This document shows positions 58,895 to 64,000 of a stretch of DNA of 64,000 nt, in pieces. Numbering within the stretch: the first letter of the stretch is position 1; each line of letters starts with the position of its first letter. Below the pieces are notes generated by a model, which was not told the origin of the DNA, made no database searches, and saw nothing but the letters and a program-made list of their open reading frames with translations. Source of the stretch: a virus (lineage: Duplodnaviria > Caudoviricetes); the IMG/VR virus record IMGVR_UViG_3300032330_001692, positions 1 through 64,000 of that record, one strand, 5' to 3'. Made by a program: the position numbers and the translations under genes.

Positions 58895-58963
58895 AAATTT
58901 TGATCTTGAAGTGGAATCAAAATCTGTTTATAATTGAATCTTACAAACTGAAAAATCAACAAA

Positions 58964-59374
58964 ATGTCAGCACAACACTACGTTAATGCCATGCTTCCCT
59001 TTCAACATACAGCAATGTGGCCTTTTGCAGCAATGAGTGCAATTGCTCAGGACATTCAGCAAGAATGGGCCACGGCCGATGCATTGGACATCGGTGCTCT
59101 GGCTCAAGCAGAAAACATTCGCATTTGTCACAGTTTCGAGCCTGATGTTCCAGGCGGATTTACCCTTGCTTACCGCAAAGCCAATGAGTTCAATAACTGT
59201 CGCATGGTAGAAGTTGCTGTTGCCTACTGCTCACCTCACGATGTGTTCAGCAAGAAAGTAGGTGCTCGGCGTGCACTAGACAACTTCCTGGACGGTGCAA
59301 CAGTGCTGGTACCTGCACGCACTGAAGGCGACCACAGCATTGTGTGGAACCTGCGCAGGATGTTTACCATTTAA
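58964..59374 (+). CDS. Hypothetical protein
   Basis: A.CSP.D.FSKK.G...AL motif. Confidence 0.6.
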   Translation: MSAQHYVNAMLPFQHTAMWPFAAMSAIAQDIQQEWATADALDIGALAQAENIRICHSFEPDVPGGFTLAYRKANEFNNCRMVEVAVAYCSPHDVFSKKVGARRALDNFLDGATVLVPARTEGDHSIVWNLRRMFTI

Positions 59375-59379
59375 TCACC

Positions 59380-59464
59380 GCCCCGATGGTGGAATAGGTA
59401 GTCACAGGAGACTTAAAATCTCCCGCTTTCGGGTGTGCCGGTTCGAGTCCGGCTCGGGGTACCA
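59380..59464 (+). tRNA. tRNA-Leu(TAA)
   Basis: Class II cloverleaf, CCA. Confidence 0.92.
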
Positions 59465-59490
59465 ACTAATTTAACTCAATCTAACCTAAA

Positions 59491-59922
59491 ATGAATCGCC
59501 TATTTACTGCTGTGACCCTAGCCGCTGCACTAACCTTGGCCGCCTGCGGCCCAGATCGTGCTCCACAAGACATTGTGGACACCAACATGACCATTTCGCG
59601 TTTGAATGCTCAAAAGAACGCAAACAGCTACTTTCCTCAAGCCTGGCCAGAAGGCACTGTACACCCTGTGTGGAATGCAAAGCCTACTCGTATTTTAATG
59701 CAGTCAGACTCCAGCATTACCCCACAATGCCGTTACGGTGACGGCTGGGCCAGTGGCGATCTACAATTTGACAACGGCAAGTCAATCAAGATCAAGTGCC
59801 AAACCAATGGTGTTGGCAAAGGCATCAACGGCTGCATGCAAGAAGTGGAATTCCAAACCAAGTCGTACAAAGACGAAGACGGCAAGTGTGCCAATCTCAA
59901 CAAGCTGGAGAAGTTCCAGTGA
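59491..59922 (+). CDS. Lipoprotein
   Basis: Signal peptide with LAAC lipobox; additional Cys residues. Confidence 0.75.
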   Translation: MNRLFTAVTLAAALTLAACGPDRAPQDIVDTNMTISRLNAQKNANSYFPQAWPEGTVHPVWNAKPTRILMQSDSSITPQCRYGDGWASGDLQFDNGKSIKIKCQTNGVGKGINGCMQEVEFQTKSYKDEDGKCANLNKLEKFQ

Positions 59923-60024
59923 TGGGTGATTTAGCAGCAGCTCTTGTATTCTTATTCGGTATTCTAGTGGGAACAGGCCTGGGCTGGTTTGCACGCTACA
60001 TCCGCAGCAAGTTCCACTAACAGT

Positions 60025-60098
60025 GGTGAGGATAGTGTAATGGGAGCACCGTTGTCTGTGAAACAACTAGACTGAGATCGAAACTCAACCTCACACCA
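60025..60098 (+). tRNA. tRNA-His(GTG)
   Basis: CT-GTG-AA loop, atypical T-arm, CCA; followed by a terminator at 60103-60125. Confidence 0.75.
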
Positions 60099-60198
60099 CA
60101 CAAGCCACCTCAGGGTGGCTTTTTGTTTTGAAAATTTTAACTTGAACCCGCGGCCTCTTTAGGCTATAATAGATCTTTCACCCACAACAACCACAACA

Positions 60199-60516
60199 AT
60201 GAACGAAACAACCTATCAATTTTACTTTGGCCCTGTTACACCTGAAAATTCAGAAGACCTTGAAAATTACTTTCAAGACAAAAACGGAAACAGTTTTTAC
60301 TACAAGATTGTGGTAGAAGAAGACATGTTTTACATCTACGATACTTGCAGCCGCATGATTCCAATTGACCGTGAGTTTGTGCAGAGCTTTGGCACCGCAA
60401 TGTTTGGTGTAGAGGGTGTGTACAGTGCAGCCAGCGAAGCCGAACAGCTTTTCAACAAGCGTATTCGTGAAGTCGAGGCGCTGGTAGACTACTGGAACAC
60501 CGAGGACGGTGAATGA
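60199..60516 (+). CDS. Hypothetical protein
   Basis: Own promoter; coupled to thyX. Confidence 0.6.
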   Translation: MNETTYQFYFGPVTPENSEDLENYFQDKNGNSFYYKIVVEEDMFYIYDTCSRMIPIDREFVQSFGTAMFGVEGVYSAASEAEQLFNKRIREVEALVDYWNTEDGE

Positions 60517-61169
60517 GCACAGTTGTTTTAGTAGGTGTGACTCAACCACGGTTGCCAGGCGTTGAATCTGTGGAAGACTTGGTGGCGTATGCTGCCAGAG
60601 TCTCAAATCCAAGCAATCAAATGAATTCCGAAACAGCTCCAAAGCTGCTCCGTTACCTGATGAAGAATCAACACTGGAGTCCGTTTGAGATGGTTTCCCT
60701 AACCATGGAAATCAACACAACCCGAGACATTGCACGTCAAATCTTGCGTCACCGCAGTTTCGCATTTCAGGAGTTTTCTCAGCGGTATGCCAGTGCTGAA
60801 TCGCTGGGCTTTGAAACTCGTGAGGCACGTATGCAAGATTCAAAAAACCGCCAAGCCAGCTTGGAGACTACGGATCATGAGCTGCAGGACATGTGGCAGG
60901 AAAAGCAGCTTGAATTGTTGCGCAAAACTCGCGAAACATATACTTGGGCGCTCACAAACGGCATTGCAAAAGAACAAGCACGTGCTGTACTGCCTGAAGG
61001 CAACACTCAAAGCCGGCTGTACATGGCGGGTACTCTGCGCAGCTGGCTTCACTATTGTTTGCTGCGTACTGAGCTGGGAACACAAAAAGAGCATCGTGTG
61101 GTAGCAGAACAGTGTTTTGAGATCATCAAGCTGGAGTTTCCCAGTATTGCAGAACTGTTGGCAGCATGA
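60513..61169 (+). CDS. thyX: Flavin-dependent thymidylate synthase
   Basis: HWSPFE, RHR.F.FQE.SQRY, E.AR.VLP. Confidence 0.95.
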   Translation: MSTVVLVGVTQPRLPGVESVEDLVAYAARVSNPSNQMNSETAPKLLRYLMKNQHWSPFEMVSLTMEINTTRDIARQILRHRSFAFQEFSQRYASAESLGFETREARMQDSKNRQASLETTDHELQDMWQEKQLELLRKTRETYTWALTNGIAKEQARAVLPEGNTQSRLYMAGTLRSWLHYCLLRTELGTQKEHRVVAEQCFEIIKLEFPSIAELLAA

Positions 61170-62396
61170 AATTCACCAAAAGCAGTTACAATCCACTGGC
61201 AGAGATACTGGAACTGTTTCCTACATACGCTCCTATGTTTGTGACTACTTTTGGCTTTGAGCAATTCAACAAATTGCTTCGGCAAGGAGGCGTTCACTGC
61301 CACTCCCAATCAGAAATGCTCCAATGTTTGGAAGTTTTAGAGTCACTGGGCGTATTAGAAGTAGAACAAGTTACACATAGTGGCAGCAACTACCTTAAAA
61401 TAGGAAATAAATTAAATGGCAAAGACTCGCAGCAAAACAGCTGAAAATAACGCTCAAGTCTACAAGAGCTCACGTCGCTGGGAAACCAATCGCAAGCGCA
61501 GACTTGCTCGCGCACTCAAACGCAATCCAGAAAACACGCAAATTGAAACAGCCATGAAAAACATGGTTTATCGGCGCAAAACTCCCACAAATCGCGTGTG
61601 GTCACATTCCATGCGACGTCAAGCTGAACTGTTTCAACGATTTGTAGGCCGAGTGTATTCAGACATGTTTTCTAGCAATGAAAAGCTGAGCGGGCCTGCA
61701 CTCACCAGACCAGGCACAGCACAAAAACAAAAACCTTTTGATCAAAGCCGTATGTTCTCCCTAGGCACGCGTGCTCACAACGGTGCAGGTGTAGCAGTAT
61801 GGAGTTGATTGGGTGGTATGGGGTGTTTGCAGTTACCACCTGCATAGTTGCAGGCTTTGAACTATTCTGGCCTGTGCTTCGAAGTCTGCGCATAACACAT
61901 CCAGAGTTGCTGATTGTAGAGAATGTATGGCTCAGCATGCTGGTATTCCTGACCATGGCCTTAGTCTTGGCTCCACTAACCATTTTGCCTTGCGTTTGGC
62001 CACCCAGCGGTGAACGATTTCGCAAAAAGCTGTGGGAATCACTCTTAAAAGAGTGAAATTTTGCAGTTGCAGAGTGTGGGTGTTTCGTTTATAATATTTA
62101 CTTACTCGGAGATCATTCAAATGAAGTTCGCAGCGTTTAAATATACTGACACCAAAGGCAAAATCTCTCAGCGTAAACTGCTGGTGCTGGATCAGCCCTC
62201 AAACAAACTCACTGGCATCGACGTCACGGAACTGGAACCAGTTCAAGCACAGCAACTGGCTCGTGAGTACGATCGACTGCTGGATGCATTCCGCCAGTCA
62301 GTGCTGGAATTGTACACCGACTTTGATGTTGAGCACAACTACCGTCAGTTCTTGCAAGCCAAGATTGAAAGCCTGGAAGTCGTTCAGGCTTATTGA
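61166..62396 (+). CDS. Four hypothetical genes (61166-61444, basic 61416-61808, membrane 61799-62056, 62121-62396)
   Basis: Coupled ORFs. Confidence 0.55.
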
Positions 62397-62466
62397 AAAA
62401 CTAGGGTCAGCACGGTGGGACGTGCAGGTAGACAATACTGCATACAAGGTTCGAATCCAAACTCTA

Positions 62467-62770
62467 GGCACGATGGTTGTAATTCCCCTGAAACGAATGT
62501 GAGCAAGACGCGGGTTCGACTCCCGCCAGGTCCACCAGAAGTACTTTTGTCCATGGAGTTGGGAACGGATAGATAAACCGTGAAAGTATTTCTGATGGGC
62601 CTGCCCAGGTTTCGATTGCGCAAGCTAGTGGATGGAGCAACTCGGTAGGCGATGACCGTAAATCAAGCAAAACACAATAAATGCAAACGATAGCATTTTT
62701 GCTGTAGCGGCCTAAAAAACTTGCACAGCTGAGGTTTTGGCCGGTTCCTTATCAAAGAATACCGGCCCTT
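62467..62770 (+). ncRNA. ssrA: Circularly permuted (two-piece) tmRNA
   Basis: 3' piece ...GACGCGGGTTCGACTCCCGCCAGGTCCACCA (ends 62537) precedes an intervening hairpin and the 5' piece GGGCCTG (62597). Tag ANDSIFAVAA* at 62683-62715. Outer ends approximate. Confidence 0.9.
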
Positions 62771-62890
62771 TAGAATAACGCTAATGTGAAGGGACTCCGT
62801 GCACGGTGAGCCTGGATCTGAGTCAGCGAGTTGATAGTTGGAGTGGACTGACCCACAAAGAGTAACTATCGAATTGGCGTTATTCTAAAG
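62768..62890 (+). ncRNA. Unidentified helix-closed RNA between tmRNA and tRNA-Thr
   Basis: 18-bp CTTTAGAATAACGCTAAT/ATTGGCGTTATTCTAAAG. Confidence 0.55.
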
Positions 62891-62892
62891 AA

Positions 62893-62968
62893 GCCCACTT
62901 AGCTCAGCAGGTAGAGCACCGCCCTTGTAACGCGGAGGCAGTCCGTTCGAGTCGGACAGTGGGCACCA
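62893..62968 (+). tRNA. tRNA-Thr(TGT)
   Basis: CT-TGT-AA loop, CCA. Confidence 0.9.
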
Positions 62969-62983
62969 CAACCAAGGAGTAGC

Positions 62984-63571
62984 ATGCAAGAACTAGAACT
63001 AAAACCACGATATAACTTTTCCAAAACAGCTGCTCAAGTTCACGAGTTCTATATTTCAGGGGAAATCAAAGAACCCCTAGAGTATACAGAATGGTTTGAC
63101 ATTATCAGAAACGCAGGCGAAGACGACACCGTTAAACTGTACATCAATTCAGGCGGTGGCAGCGTAGACACAGCAGTACAGTTTATGCACTTGCTGCGTA
63201 CTACCCAAGCATTTGTGGTGTGTGCTGTAGAAGGTGCCTGCATGAGCGCAGCCACCATGATCTTTCTACAAGGTCATGCTTTGGAAATCTGCGAACACAG
63301 CCTATTCATGTTTCACAACTACGCTGGCGGCGTTTTCGGCAAAGGCGGAGAACTCTACGATCAAATCAGCTTTGAACGTGCTTGGAGCCGTCAGCTCTTA
63401 GAAGATGTATATAAGGACTTCTTGACTCAGGCTGAAATTAACCAGATGCTGGACAACAAAGACATTTGGCTGAGCGGAGACGAAGTAAAAAAGCGGGCTG
63501 TAGCCTTAGCTGAGCTGCGCAATCAGCAAGCAGAGGCCGCCGCAGCGGCAACTGCAGAAATTTCCGCTTGA
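62984..63571 (+). CDS. clpP: ClpP-family serine protease
   Basis: YINS.GG.V, SAAT (catalytic Ser), FMFH (His), D.WL...E. Confidence 0.85.
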   Translation: MQELELKPRYNFSKTAAQVHEFYISGEIKEPLEYTEWFDIIRNAGEDDTVKLYINSGGGSVDTAVQFMHLLRTTQAFVVCAVEGACMSAATMIFLQGHALEICEHSLFMFHNYAGGVFGKGGELYDQISFERAWSRQLLEDVYKDFLTQAEINQMLDNKDIWLSGDEVKKRAVALAELRNQQAEAAAAATAEISA

Positions 63572-63602
63572 ATTTGCTGCTTAATCATGTCATAATACTC
63601 TC

Positions 63603-63863
63603 ATGAATTCAAAAAAGCAGCGCAAGTTCAGAGTCTGGGATAACAGGCTGTTATACGAAACCTTACAAAAAGTCATACAAATAACCAACACAGTAGAAAC
63701 AAAGTGTGGAGACAAACTCAGTCCAGGCGACTTGCCTCAAAGCATAGTGCCCACTGATACCTTATATGAAATTTGCTTGTGCTATCAATCGCTGTATGAA
63801 AAGCTGGAAACAGAAGAACTGCTGCAAAGTGGCTATCCAAAGGGTAAGCCCACCACGCATTAA
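63603..63863 (+). CDS. Hypothetical protein
   Basis: 86-aa ORF after a promoter. Confidence 0.55.
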   Translation: MNSKKQRKFRVWDNRLLYETLQKVIQITNTVETKCGDKLSPGDLPQSIVPTDTLYEICLCYQSLYEKLETEELLQSGYPKGKPTTH

Positions 63864-63932
63864 ATTTTGTACTTGAGCTATCAGCTAAAACGCTCTATAA
63901 TAATATCTTTCAATCACTAAAGGAAACACAAC

Positions 63933-64000
63933 ATGGCATGGACCGAAGACCAAAAGACCCAAGTAATCGCTGCCTACGAGGCTGCTGGCCCCACCCCTGA
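63933..64000 (+). CDS. T5 D3-like DNA-binding protein (partial)
   Basis: AAGGA RBS; MAWTEDQKTQVIAAYEAAGPTP. Confidence 0.55.
   Translation, partial: MAWTEDQKTQVIAAYEAAGPTP

Noticed and set aside
51482-62670. ORFs overlapping tRNA, Yrl or tmRNA genes (e.g. 51482-51676, 52630-52860, 55430-55693, 56781-57209, 62390-62670)
   Set aside because: Fully explained by the RNA genes.
1-64000. Integrase, transposase, reverse transcriptase (DGR/retron), RtcB, SmpB, PurZ
   Set aside because: No diagnostic motifs recognised in any ORF; they could lie outside the window.

Overview
This window comes from a lytic T5-like siphophage genome (Demerecviridae-like). The host is probably betaproteobacterial, judging by the tmRNA ends and tag. 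It has four parts. (i) 1-28.9 kb is a minus-strand virion module: tail fibres, hub, a 2340-aa tape measure, -1-frameshifted tail chaperones, T5-like tail tube/terminator/completion proteins, an in-frame protease-major capsid fusion, portal, HNH nickase, TerL and TerS. (ii) ~29-37.1 kb is a probable terminal-repeat/pre-early (first-step-transfer) region of small plus-strand genes (two SprT proteases, HAD phosphatase, DEDDh exonuclease, A2-like protein). These genes are interleaved with ten antisense sigma70 promoter-hairpin cassettes and the region ends in an injection-stop-like repeat block with Fur-box-like palindromes. (iii) Early genes: D2/D3-like proteins, metallophosphoesterase, SleB, dNTP diphosphohydrolase, C5-MTase, UvsE and Dps. 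(iv) 47-63 kb is an RNA island: 26 tRNA genes covering all 20 amino acids, a Ro60/TROVE gene flanked by an array of YrlA-like (GTTACTTC) RNAs including a circularly permuted tRNA mimic, a circularly permuted tmRNA close to a ClpP gene, and at least seven unidentified ncRNA candidates closed by long terminal helices and wedged between tRNAs. The best candidates for undescribed biology are the Ro60/Y-RNA/tRNA-mimic RNA island and the antisense promoter-hairpin cassette array. All family assignments come from motif recognition by eye; no searches were run.
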